Part shown: positions 1 to 15,000 of the stretch, in pieces
Position numbering within the stretch: the stretch's first letter is position 1
Layout: the number at the start of each line of letters is the position of its first letter
NCBI GenBank assembly: GCA_964016885.1
Contig: OZ024744.1
Span: forward strand, 123,628,001 to 123,692,000
Direction of reading: 5' to 3'
DNA from: Eledone cirrhosa
Lineage: Eukaryota
DNA length: 64,000 bases
Notes under the pieces: model-generated
Databases searched by the model: none
What the model saw: the letters and a program-made list of their open reading frames with translations, nothing else
Told to the model about the DNA's origin: nothing
Position numbers and translations under genes: made by a program

Positions 1-3000
1 TCTCCTCTCCTACATCTGATTCCTCTTATACCTAGTTTCTGTTTCAGTTCATCCATACACATTCCATGTCTCTACTAACACAATCACCTCTCCTACATCT
101 GTTTCCTCTTATACCTAGTTTCTCTCCCAGTTCATCCATACACATCACATGTCTATACAAACAGTCTCCTCTCCTACACACTACATCTGATTCTTCTTAT
201 ACCTAGTTTCTCTCTCAGTTCATCCATACACATCACATGTCTATACAAACAGTCTCCTCTCCGACACACTACATCTGATTCTTCTCATAGCTAGTTTCTC
301 TCTCACTTCATCCATACACATCACATGTCTATACCAACACAGTCTCCTCTCCTACACACTACATCTGATTCCTCTTATACCTAGTTTCTCTCTCAGTTTA
401 TCCATACACATCACATGCCTATACCAACACAGTCTCCTCTCCTACACACTACATCTGATTCCTCTTATACATAGTTTCTCTCTCAGTTCATCCATACACA
501 TCACATGTCTATACAAACAGTCTCTTCTCCTACACACTACATCTGATTCTTCTTATACCTAGTTTCCCTCTCACTTCATCCATACACATCCCATGTCTAT
601 ACAAACACAGTCTTCTCTCCTACGTCTGATTCCTCTTAAACCTAGTTTCTCTCTCAGTTCATCTATACACATCCCATGTCTATACCAACACAGTCACCTC
701 TCCTACATCTGATTCCTCTTATACCTAGTTTCTCTCCCAGTTCATCCATACACATCACATTTCTATACAAACAGTCTCCTCTCCTACACACTACATCTGA
801 TTCTTCTTATACCTAGTTTCTCTCTCAGTTCATCCATACACATCACATGTCTATACAAACAGTCTCCTGTCCTACACTCTACATCTGATTCTTCTTATAC
901 CTAGTTTCCCTCTCACTTCATCCATACACATCCCATGTCTATACCAACACAGTCTCCTCTCCTACACACTACATCTGATTCCTCTTATACCTAGTTTCTC
1001 TCTCAGTTCATCATTACACATCACTTGTCTATACCATCAGTCTCCTCTCCTACACACTACATCTGATTCCTCTTATACCTTGTTCATCTCTGTTCATCAC
1101 ATGTCTATACCAACACAGTCTCCTCTCCTACACACTACATCTGATTCCTCTTATACCTAGTTTCTCTCTCAGTTCATCACATGTCTATACTAACACAGTC
1201 ACCTCTCCTACACACTACATCTGATTCCTCTTATACCTAGTTTCTCTCTCAGTTCATCCATACACATCACATGTCTATACCAACACAGTCTCCTCTCCTA
1301 CACACTACATCTGATTCCTCTTATACCTAGTTTCTCTCTCAGTTCATCCATACACATCACATGTCTATACCAACACAGTCTCCTCTCCTACATCTGATTC
1401 CTCTTATACCTAGTTTCTCTCTCAGTTTATCCATACACATCCCATGTCTATACTAACAGTCTCCTCTCCTACATCTGATTCCTCTTATACCTAGTTTCTT
1501 TCTCAGTTCATCCATACACATTCCTTGTCTCTACCAACACAGTCTCCTCTCCTACATCTGATTCCTCTTAAACCTAGTTTCTCTCTCAGTTCATCCATAC
1601 ACATCACATGTCGATAGAAACACAGTCTCCTCTCCTACGTCTGATTTCTCTTAAACCTAGTTTCTCTCTCAGTTCATCTATACACATCCCATGTCTATAC
1701 CAACACAATCACCTCTCCTACATCTGATTCCTCTTATACCTAGTTTCTCTCCCAGTTCATCCATACACGTCACATTTCTATACAAACAGTCTCCTCTCCT
1801 ACACACTACATCTGATTCTTCTTATACCTAGTTTCTCTCTCAGTTCATCCATACACATCACATGTCTATACAAACAGTCTCCTCTCCTACACACTACATC
1901 TGATTCTTCTCATACCTAGTTTCTCTCTCACTTCATCCATACACATCACATGTCTATACCAACACAGTCTCCTCTCCTACACACTACATCTGATTCCTCT
2001 TATACCTAGTTTCTCTCTCAGTTTATCCATACACATCACATGCCTATACCAACACAGTCTCCTCTCCTACACACTACATCTGATTCCTCTTATACCTAGT
2101 TTCTCTCTCAGTTCATCCATACGCATCACATGTCTATACAAAGAGTCTCCTCTCCTACACACTACATCTGATTCCTCTTATACCTAGTTTCTCTCTCAGT
2201 TCATCACATGCCTATACTAACACAGTCACCTCTCCTACACACTACATCTGATTCCTCTTATACCTAGTTTCTCTCTCAGTTCATCATTACACATCACATG
2301 TCTATACCAACACAGTCTCCTCTCCTACATACTACATCTGATTCCTGTTAAACCTAGTTTCTCTCTCAGTTCATCTATACAGATCCCATGTCTATACCCA
2401 AACAATCACCTCTCCTACATCTGATCCCTCTTATAACTAGTTTCTCTCTCAGTTCATCCATACACATCACATGTCTATACCAACACAGTCTCCTCTCATA
2501 CACACTACATCTGATTCCTCTTATACCTAGTTTCTCTCTCAGTTCATCCATACACATCACATGTCTATACCAACACAGTCTCCTCTCCTACATCTGATTC
2601 CTCTTAAACCTAGTTTCTCCCTCAGTTCATCCATACACATCCCATGTCTATACTAACAGTCTCCTCTCCTACATCTGATTCCTCTTATACCTAGTTTCTC
2701 TCTCAGTTCATCCATACACATCACATGTCTATACCAACACAGTCTCCTCTCCTACATCTGATTCCTCTTATACCTAGTTTCTCTCTCAGTTTATCCATAC
2801 ACATCCCATGTCTATACTAACAGTCTCCTCTCCTACATCTGATTCCTCTTATACCTAGTTTCTTTCTCAGTTCATCCATACACATTCCTTGTCTCTACCA
2901 ACACAGTCTCCTCTCCTACATCTGATTCCTCTTAAACCTAGTTTCTCTCTCAGTTCATCCATACACATCACATGTCGATAGAAACACAGTCTCCTCTCCT

Positions 3001-6000
3001 ACGTCTGATTTCTCTTAAACCTAGTTTCTCTCTCAGTTCATCTATACACATCCCATGTCTATACCAACACAATCACCTCTCCTACATCTGATTCCTCTTA
3101 TACCTAGTTTCTCTCCCAGTTCATCCATACACGTCACATTTCTATACAAACAGTCTCCTCTCCTACACACTACATCTGATTCTTCTTATACCTAGTTTCT
3201 CTCTCAGTTCATCCATACACATCACATGTCTATACCAACACAGTCTCCTCTCCTACATCTGATTCCTCTTAAACCTAGTTTCTCCCTCAGTTCATCCATA
3301 CACATCCCATGTCTATACTAACAGTCTCCTCTCCTACATCTGATTCCTCTTATACCTAGTTTCTCTCTCAGTTCATCCATACACATCCCATGTCTATACT
3401 AACAGAGTCTCCTCTCCTACATCTGATTCCTCTTATACCTAGTTTCTCTCTCAGTTCATCCATACACATCCTATGTCTATACTAACAGTCTCCTCTCTTA
3501 CATCTGATTCCTCTTATACCTAGTTTCTCTCTCAGTTCATCCATACACATCCCCTGTCTATACCAACACAGTCTCCTGTCCTACATCTGATTCCTCTTAT
3601 ACCTAGTTTCTCTCTCAGTTCATCCATACACATCCCATGTCTATACTAACACAGTCTCCTCTCCTACATCTGATTCCTCTTATACCTAGTTTCTGTTTCA
3701 GTCCATCCATACACATTCCATGTCTCTACTAACACAGTCTCCTCTCCTACATCTGATTCCTCTTAAACCTAGTTTCTCTCTCAGTTCATCTATACACATC
3801 CCATGTCTATACCAACACAATCACCTCTCCTACATCTGTTTCCTCTTATACCTAGTTTCTCTCCCAGTTCATCCATACACATCACATGTCTATACAAACA
3901 GTCTCCTCTCCTACACACTACATCTGATTCTTCTTATACCTAGTTTCTCTCTCAGTTCATCCATACACATCACATGTCTATACAAACAGTCTCCTCTCCG
4001 ACACACTACATCTGATTCTTCTCATAGCTAGTTTCTCTCTCACTTCATCCATACACATCACATGTCTATACCAACACAGTCTCCTCTCCTACACACTACA
4101 TCTGATTCCTCTTATACCTAGTTTCTCTCTCAGTTTATCCATACACATCACATGCCTATACCAACACAGTCTCCTCTCCTACACACTACATCTGATTCCT
4201 CTTATACATAGTTTCTCTCTCAGTTCATCCATACACATCACATGTCTATACAAACAGTCTCTTCTCCTACACACTACATCTGATTCTTCTTATACCTAGT
4301 TTCCCTCTCACTTCATCCATACACATCCCATGTCTATACAAACACAGTCTTCTCTCCTACACACTACATCTGATTCCTCTTATACCTAGTTTCCCTCTCA
4401 CTTCATCCATACACATCACATGTCTATACCAACACAGTCTCCTCTCCTACACACTACATCTGATTCCTCTTATACCTAGTTTCTCTCTCAGTTCATCATT
4501 ACACATCACTTGTCTATACCATCAGTCTCCTCTCCTACACACTACATCTGATTCCTCTTATACCTTGTTCATCTCTGTTCATCACATGTCTATACCAACA
4601 CAGTCTCCTCTCCTACACACTACATCTGATTCCTCTTATAGCTAGTTTCTCCCTCAGTTCATCACATGTCTATACTAACACAGTCACCTCTCCTACACAC
4701 TACATCTGATTCCTCTTATACCTAGTTTCTCTCTCAGTTCATCCATACACATCACATGTCTATACCAACACAGTCTCCTCTCCTACACACTACATCTGAT
4801 TCCTCTTATACCTAGTTTCTCTCTCAGTTCATCCATACACATCACATGTCTATACCAACACAGTCTCCTCTCCTACATCTGATTCCTCTTATACCTAGTT
4901 TCTCTCTCAGTTCATCCATACACATCCCATGTCTATACTAACAGTCTCCTCTCCTACATCTGATTCCTCTTATACCTAGTTTCTTTCTCAGTTCATCCAT
5001 ACACATTCCATGTCTCTACCAACACAGTCTCCTCTCCTACATCTGATTCCTCTTAAACCTAGTTTCTCTCTCAGTTCATCCATACACATCACATGTCGAT
5101 AGAAACACAGTCTCCTCTCCTACGTCTGATTTCTCTTAAACCTAGTTTCTCTCTCAGTTCATCTATACACATCCCATGTCTATACCAACACAATCACCTC
5201 TCCTACATCTGATTCCTCTTATACCTAGTTTCTCTCCCAGTTCATCCATACACGTCACATTTCTATACAAACAGTCTCCTCTCCTACACACTACATCTGA
5301 TTCTTCTTATACCTAGTTTCTCTCTCAGTTCATCCATACACATCACATGTCTATACAAACAGTCTCCTCTCCTACACACTACATCTGATTCTTCTCATAC
5401 CTAGTTTCTCTCTCACTTCATCCATACACATCACATGTCTATCCCAACACAGTCTCCTCTCCTACACACTACATCTGATTCCTCTTATACCTAGTTTCTC
5501 TCTCAGTTTATCCATACACATCCCATGTCTATACTAACAGTCTCCTCTCCTACATCTGATTCCTCTTATACCTAGTTTCTTTCTCAGTTCATCCATACAC
5601 ATTCCTTGTCTCTACCAACACAGTCTCCTCTCCTACATCTGATTCCTCTTAAACCTAGTTTCTCTCTCAGTTCATCCATACACATCACATGTCGATAGAA
5701 ACACAGTCTCCTCTCCTACGTCTGATTTCTCTTAAACCTAGTTTCTCTCTCAGTTCATCTATACACATCCCATGTCTATACCAACACAATCACCTCTCCT
5801 ACATCTGATTCCTCTTATACCTAGTTTCTCTCCCAGTTCATCCATACACGTCACATTTCTATACAAACAGTCTCCTCTCCTACACACTACATCTGATTCT
5901 TCTTATACCTAGTTTCTCTCTCAGTTCATCCATACACATCACATGTCTATACCAACACAGTCTCCTCTCCTACATCTGATTCCTCTTAAACCTAGTTTCT

Positions 6001-9000
6001 CCCTCAGTTCATCCATACACATCCCATGTCTATACTAACAGTCTCCTCTCCTACATCTGATTCCTCTTATACCTAGTTTCTCTCTCAGTTCATCCATACA
6101 CATCCCATGTCTATACTAACAGAGTCTCCTCTCCTACATCTGATTCCTCTTATACCTAGTTTCTCTCTCAGTTCATCCATACACATCCTATGTCTATACT
6201 AACAGTCTCCTCTCTTACATCTGATTCCTCTTATACCTAGTTTCTCTCTCAGTTCATCCATACACATCCCCTGTCTATACCAACACAGTCTCCTGTCCTA
6301 CATCTGATTCCTCTTATACCTAGTTTCTCTCTCAGTTCATCCATACACATCCCATGTCTATACTAACACAGTCTCCTCTCCTACATCTGATTCCTCTTAT
6401 ACCTAGTTTCTGTTTCAGTCCATCCATACACATTCCATGTCTCTACTAACACAGTCTCCTCTCCTACATCTGATTCCTCTTAAACCTAGTTTCTCTCTCA
6501 GTTCATCTATACACATCCCATGTCTATACCAACACAATCACCTCTCCTACATCTGTTTCCTCTTATACCTAGTTTCTCTCCCAGTTCATCCATACACATC
6601 ACATGTCTATACAAACAGTCTCCTCTCCTACACACTACATCTGATTCTTCTTATACCTAGTTTCTCTCTCAGTTCATCCATACACATCACATGTCTATAC
6701 AAACAGTCTCCTCTCCGACACACTACATCTGATTCTTCTCATAGCTAGTTTCTCTCTCACTTCATCCATACACATCACATGTCTATACCAACACAGTCTC
6801 CTCTCCTACACACTACATCTGATTCCTCTTATACCTAGTTTCTCTCTCAGTTTATCCATACACATCACATGCCTATACCAACACAGTCTCCTCTCCTACA
6901 CACTACATCTGATTCCTCTTATACATAGTTTCTCTCTCAGTTCATCCATACACATCACATGTCTATACAAACAGTCTCTTCTCCTACACACTACATCTGA
7001 TTCTTCTTATACCTAGTTTCCCTCTCACTTCATCCATACACATCCCATGTCTATACAAACACAGTCTTCTCTCCTACACACTACATCTGATTCCTCTTAT
7101 ACCTAGTTTCCCTCTCACTTCATCCATACACATCACATGTCTATACCAACACAGTCTCCTCTCCTACACACTACATCTGATTCCTCTTATACCTAGTTTC
7201 TCTCTCAGTTCATCATTACACATCACTTGTCTATACCATCAGTCTCCTCTCCTACACACTACATCTGATTCCTCTTATACCTTGTTCATCTCTGTTCATC
7301 ACATGTCTATACCAACACAGTCTCCTCTCCTACACACTACATCTGATTCCTCTTATAGCTAGTTTCTCCCTCAGTTCATCACATGTCTATACTAACACAG
7401 TCACCTCTCCTACACACTACATCTGATTCCTCTTATACCTAGTTTCTCTCTCAGTTCATCCATACACATCACATGTCTATACCAACACAGTCTCCTCTCC
7501 TACACACTACATCTGATTCCTCTTATACCTAGTTTCTCTCTCAGTTCATCCATACACATCACATGTCTATACCAACACAGTCTCCTCTCCTACATCTGAT
7601 TCCTCTTATACCTAGTTTCTCTCTCAGTTCATCCATACACATCCCATGTCTATACTAACAGTCTCCTCTCCTACATCTGATTCCTCTTATACCTAGTTTC
7701 TTTCTCAGTTCATCCATACACATTCCATGTCTCTACCAACACAGTCTCCTCTCCTACATCTGATTCCTCTTAAACCTAGTTTCTCTCTCAGTTCATCCAT
7801 ACACATCACATGTCGATAGAAACACAGTCTCCTCTCCTACGTCTGATTTCTCTTAAACCTAGTTTCTCTCTCAGTTCATCTATACACATCCCATGTCTAT
7901 ACCAACACAATCACCTCTCCTACATCTGATTCCTCTTATACCTAGTTTCTCTCCCAGTTCATCCATACACGTCACATTTCTATACAAACAGTCTCCTCTC
8001 CTACACACTACATCTGATTCTTCTTATACCTAGTTTCTCTCTCAGTTCATCCATACACATCACATGTCTATACAAACAGTCTCCTCTCCTACACACTACA
8101 TCTGATTCTTCTCATACCTAGTTTCTCTCTCACTTCATCCATACACATCACATGTCTATCCCAACACAGTCTCCTCTCCTACACACTACATCTGATTCCT
8201 CTTATACCTAGTTTCTCTCTCAGTTTATCCATACACATCACATGCCTATACCAACACAGTCTCCTCTCCTACACACTACATCTGATTCCTCTTATACCTA
8301 GTTTCTCGCTCAGTTCATCCATACGCATCACATGTCTATACAAACAGTCTCCTCTCCTACACACTACATCTGATTCCTCTTATACCTAGTTTCTCTCTCA
8401 GTTCATCACATGCCTATACTAACACAGTCACCTCTCCTACACACTACATCTGATTCCTCTTATACCTAGTTTCTCTCTCAGTTCATCATTACACATCACA
8501 TGTCTATACCAACACAGTCTCCTCTCCTACATACTACATCTGATTCCTGTTAAACCTAGTTTCTCTCTCAGTTCATCTATACACATCCCATGTCTATAAC
8601 CAAACAATCACCTCTCCTACATCTGATCCCTCTTATAACTAGTTTCTCTCTCAGTTCATCCATACACATCACATGTCTATACCAACACAGTCTCCTCTCA
8701 TACACACTACATCTGATTCCTCTTATACCTAGTTTCTCTCTCAGTTCATCCATACACATCACATGTCTATACCAACACAGTCTCCTCTCCTACATCTGAT
8801 TCCTCTTAAACCTAGTTTCTCCCTCAGTTCATCCATACACATCCCATGTCTATACTAACAGTCTCCTCTCCTACATCTGATTCCTCTTATACCTAGTTTC
8901 TCTCTCAGTTCATCCATACACATCCCATGTCTATACTAACACAGTCTCCTCTCCTACATCTGATTCCTCTTATACCTAGTTTCTCTCTCAGTTCATCCAT

Positions 9001-12000
9001 ACACATCCTATGTCTATACTAACAGTCTCCTCTCTTACATCTGATTCCTCTTATACCTAGTTTCTCTCTCAGTTCATCCATACACATCCCATGTCTATAC
9101 TAACACGGTCTCCTCTCCTACATCTGATTCCTCTTATACCTAGTTTCTCTCTCAGTTCATCCATACACATTCCATGTCTCTACTAACACAGTCTCCTCTT
9201 CTACATCTGATTCCTCTTAAACCTAGTTTCTCTCTCAGTTCATCCATACACATCACATGTCTATACAAACACAGTCTCCTCTCCTACATCTGATTCCTCT
9301 TAAACCTAGTTTCTCTCTCAGTTCATCTATACACATCCCATGTCTATACCAACACAATCACCTCCCCTACATCTGATTCCTCTTATACCTAGTTTCTCTC
9401 CCAGTTCATCCATACACATCACATGTCTATACAAACAGTCTCCTCTCCTACACACTACATCTGATTCGTCTTATACCTACTTTCTCTCTCAGTTCATCCG
9501 TACATATCACATGTCTATACAAACAGTCTCCTCTCCTACACACTACATCTGATTCTTCTCATACCTAGTTTCTCTCTCACTTCATCCATACACATCACAT
9601 GTCTATACCAACACAGTCTCCTCGCCTACACACTACATCTGATTCCTCTCATACCTAGTTTCTCTCTCAGTTCATCCATACACATCACATGTCTATACCA
9701 ACACAGTCTCCTCTCCTACACACTACATCTGATTCCTGTTAAACCTAGTTTCTCTCTCAGTTCATCTATACACATCCCATGTCTATACCCAAACAATCAC
9801 CTCTCCTACATCTGATCCCTCTTATACCTAGTTTCTCTGTCAGTTCATCCATACACATCACATGTCTATACCAACACAGTCTCCTCTCCTACATCTGATT
9901 CCTCTTATACCTAGTTTCTCTCTCAGTTCATCCATACACATCACATGTCTATACCAACACAGTCTCCTCTCCTACACACTACATCTGATTCCTGTTAACC
10001 TAGTTTCTCTCTCAGTTCATCTATACACATCCCATGTCTATACCCAAACAATCACCTCTCCTACATCTGATCCCTCTTATACCTATTTTCTCTCTGCAAC
10101 CATACACATCACATGTCTGTACCAACACAGTCTCCTCTCCTACATCTGATTCCTCTTATATCTAGTTTCTCTCTCAGTTCATCCATACACATCACATGTC
10201 TATACCAACACAGTCTCCTCTCCTACATCTGATTCCTCTTATACCTAGTTTCTCTCTCAGTTCATCCATACACATCACATGTCTATACCAACACAGTCTC
10301 CTCTCCTACACACTACATCTGATTCCTCTTATACCTAGTTTCTCTCTCAGTTAATCCATACACATCACATGTCTATACAAACAGTCTCCTCTCCTACACA
10401 CTACATCTGATTCTTCTAATACCTAGTTTCTCTCTCACTTCATCCATACACATCACATGTCTATACCAACACAGTCTCCTCTCCTACACACTACATCTGA
10501 TTCCTCTTATACCTAGTTTCTCTCTCAGTTCATCCATACACATCACATGTCTATACCAACACAGTCTCCTCTCCTACACACTACATCTGATTCCTCTTAT
10601 ACCTAGTTTCTGTCAGTTCATCCATACACATCACATGTCTATACAAACAGTCTCCTCTACTACACACTACATCTGATTCTTCTTATACCTAGCCTCCCTA
10701 TCACTTCATCCATACACATCCCATGTCTATACAAACACAGTCTTCTCTCCTACACACTACATCTGATTCCTCTTATACCTTGTTTCTCTCTCAGTTCATC
10801 ATTACACATCACATGTCTATACCAACACAGTCACCTCTCCTACACACTACATCTGATTCCTCTCATACCTAGTTTCTCTCTCAGTTCATCCATACACATC
10901 ACATGTCTATACCAACACAGTCTCCTCTCCTACATCTGATTCCTCTTATACCTAGTTTCTCTCTCAGTTCATCCATACACATCACATGTCTATACCAACA
11001 CAGTCTCCTCTCCTACATCTGATTCCTCTTATACCTAGTTTCTCTCCCAGTTCATCCATACACATCACATGTCTATACCAACACAGTCTCCTCTCCTACA
11101 TCTGATTCCTCTTATACCTAGTTTCTCTCCCAGTTCATCCATACACATCACATGTCTATAGCAAGACAGTCTCCTCTCCTACACACTACATCTGATTCCT
11201 CTTATACCTTGTTTACCTCTGTTCATCACATGTCTATACCAACACAGTCTCCTCTCCTACACACTACATCTGATTCCTCTTATACCTAGTTTCTCTCTCA
11301 GTTCATCATTACACATCACATGTCTATACCAACACAGTCTCCTCTCCTACACACTACATCTGATTCCTCTTATACCTAGTTTCTCTCTCAGTTCATCCAT
11401 ACACATCACATGTCTATACCAACACAGTCTCCTCTCCTACACACTACATCTGATTCCTGTTAAACCTAGTTTCTCTCTCAGTTCATCTATACACATCCCA
11501 TGTCTATAGCCAAACAATCACCTCTCCTACATCTGATCCCTCTTATACCTAGTTTCTCTGTCAGTTCATCCATACACATCACATGTCTATACCAACACAG
11601 TCTCCTCTCCTACATCTGATTCCTCTTATACCTAGTTTCTCTCTCAGTTCATCCATACACATCACATGTCTATACCAACACAGTCTCCTCTCCTACACAC
11701 TACATCTGATTCCTGTTAAACCTAGTTTCTCTCTCAGTTCATCTATACACATCCCATGTCTATACCCAAACAATCACCTCTCCTATATCTGATCCCTCTT
11801 ATACCTAGTTTCTCTCTCCAACCATACATATCACATGTCTGTACCAACACAGTCTCCTCTCCTACATCTGATTCCTCTTACATCTAGTTTCTCTCTCAGT
11901 TCATCCATACACATCACATGTCTATACCAACACAGTCTCCTCTCCTACATCTGATTCCTCTTATACCTAGTTTCTCTCCCAGTTCATCCATACACATCAC

Positions 12001-15000
12001 ATGTCTATACCAACACAGTCTCCTCTCCTACATCTGATTCCTCTTATACCTAGTTTCTCTCTCAGTTCATCCATACACATCACATGTCTATACCAACACA
12101 GTCTCCTCTCCTACATCTGATTCCTGTTATACATAGTTTCTTTCTTAGTTCATCCATACACATCCCCTGTCTATACCAACACAGTCTCCTCTCCTACATC
12201 TGATTCCTCTTATACCTAGTTTCTCTCTCAGTTCATCCATACACATCACATGTCTATACCAACACAGTCTCCTCTCCTACATCTGATTCCTCTTATACCT
12301 AGTTTCTCTCTCAGTTCATCCATACACATCCCATGTCTATACAAACACAGTCTCCTATCCTCTCAGTTCATCCATACACATCACATGTCTATACCAACAC
12401 AGTCTCCTCTCCTACACACTACATCTGATTCCTCTTATACCTAGTTTCTCTCTCAGTTCATCCATACACATCACATGTCTATACCAACACAGTCTCCTCT
12501 CCTACACACTACATCTGATTCCTCTTATACCTAGTTTCTCTCTCAGTTCATCCATACACATCACATGTCTATACAAACAGTCTCCTCTCCTACACACTGC
12601 ATCTGATTCTTCTCATACCTAGTTTCTCTCTCACTTCATTCATACACATCACATGTCTATACCAACACAGTCTCCTCTCCTACACACTACATCTGATTCC
12701 TCTTATACCTAGTTTCTCTCTCAGTTTATCCATACACATCACATACCTATACCAACACAGTCTCCTCTCCTACACACTACATCTGATTCCTCTTATACCT
12801 AGTTTCTCTGTCAGTTCATCCATACACATCACATGTCTATACAAACAGTCTCCTCTCCTACACACTACATCTGATTCTTCTTATACCTAGTCTCCCTCTC
12901 ACTTCATCCATACACATCCCATGTCTATACAAACACAGTCTTCTCTCCTACACACTACATCTGATTCCTCTTATACCTAGTTTCTCTCTCAGTTCATCAT
13001 TACACATCACATGTCTATACCAACACAGTCTCGTCTCCTACACACTACACCTGATTCCTCTTATACCTAGTTTCTCTCTCAGTTCAACCATACACATCAC
13101 ATGTCTATACCAACACAGTCTCCTCTCCTACATCTGATTCCTCTTATACCTAGTTTGTCTCCCAGTTCATCCATACACATCACATGTCTATACCAACACA
13201 GTCTCCTCTCCTACATCTGATTCCTCTTAAACCGAGTTTCTCTCTCAGTTCATCCATACACATCACATGTCTATACCAACACAGTCTCTTCTCCTACATC
13301 TGATTCCTCTTATACCTAGTTTCTTTCTCAGTTCATCCATACACATCCCATGTCTATGCTAACAGTCTCCGCTCCTACATCTGATTCCTCTTATACCTAG
13401 TTTCTCTCTCAGTTCATCCATACACATCACATGTCTATACCAACACAGTCTCCTCTCCTACATCTGATTCCTCTTATACCTAGTTTCTCTCCCAGTTCAT
13501 CCATACACATCACATGTCTATACCAACACAGTCTCCTCTCCTACATCTGATTCCTCTTATACCTAGTTTGTCTCCCAGTTCATCCATACACATCACATGT
13601 CTATACCAACACAGTCTCCTCTCCTACATCTGATTCCTCTTATACCTAGTTTCTCTCTCAGTTCATCCATACACATCACATGTCTATACCAACACAGTCT
13701 CCTCTCCTACGTCTGATTCCTGTTATACATAGTTTCTTTCTTAGTTCATCCATACACATCCCCTGTCTATACCAACACAGTCTCCTCTCCTACATCTGAT
13801 TCCTCTTATACCTAGTTTCTCTCTCAGTTCATCCATACACATCACATGTCTATACCACCACAGTCTCCTCTCCTACATCTGATTCCTCTTATACCTAGTT
13901 TCTCTCCCAGTTCATCCATACACATCACATGTCTATAGCAAGACAGTCTCCTCTCCTACACACTACATCTGATTCCTCTTATACCTTGTTTATCTCTGTT
14001 CATCACATGTCTATACCAACACAGTCTCCTCTCCTACACACTACATCTGATTCCTCTTATACCTAGTTTTTCTCTCAGTTCATCACATGTCTACACCAAC
14101 ACAGTCTCCTCTCCTACACACTACATCTGATTCCTCTTATACCTAGTTTCTCTCTCAGTTCATCCATACACATCACATGTCTATACCAACACAGTCTCCT
14201 CTCCTACATCTGATTCCTCTTATACCTAGTTTTTCTCTCAGTTCATCACATGTCTACACCAACACTGTCTCCTCTCCTACACACTACACCTGATTCCTCT
14301 CGTATCTAGTTTCTCTCTCACTTCATCCATACACATCCCATGTCTATACAAACACAGTCGCCTCCCCTACAAACTACATCTGATTCCTCGTATACCTAGT
14401 TTCTCTCTCAGTTCATCCATACACATCCCATGTCTATACAAACACAGTCTTCTCTCCTACACACTACATCTGATTCCTGTTATAGATAGTTTCTTTCTTA
14501 GTTCATCCATACACATCACATGTCTATACTAACAGTCTCCTCTCCTACATCTGATTCCTCTTATACCTAGTTTCTCTCTCAGTTCATCCATACACATCCC
14601 ATGTCTATACTAACAGTCTCCTCTCCTACATCTGATTCCTCTTAAACCTAGTTTCTTTCTCAGTTCATCCATACACATCACATGTCTATACAAACACAGT
14701 CTCCTCTCCTACATCTGATTCCTCTTAAACCTAGATTCTCTCTCAGTTCATCTATACATATCCCATGTCTATACCCACACAATCACCTCTCCTACATCTG
14801 ATTCCTCTTATACCTAGTTTCTCTCTCAGTTCATCCATACACATCACATACTTATACCAACACAGTCTCCTCTCCTACACACTACATCTGATTCTTCTCA
14901 TACCTAGTTTCTCTCTCAGTTCATCCATACACATCACATGTCTATACCAACACAGTCTCCTCTCCTACACACTACACCTGATTCCTGTTATACCTACTTC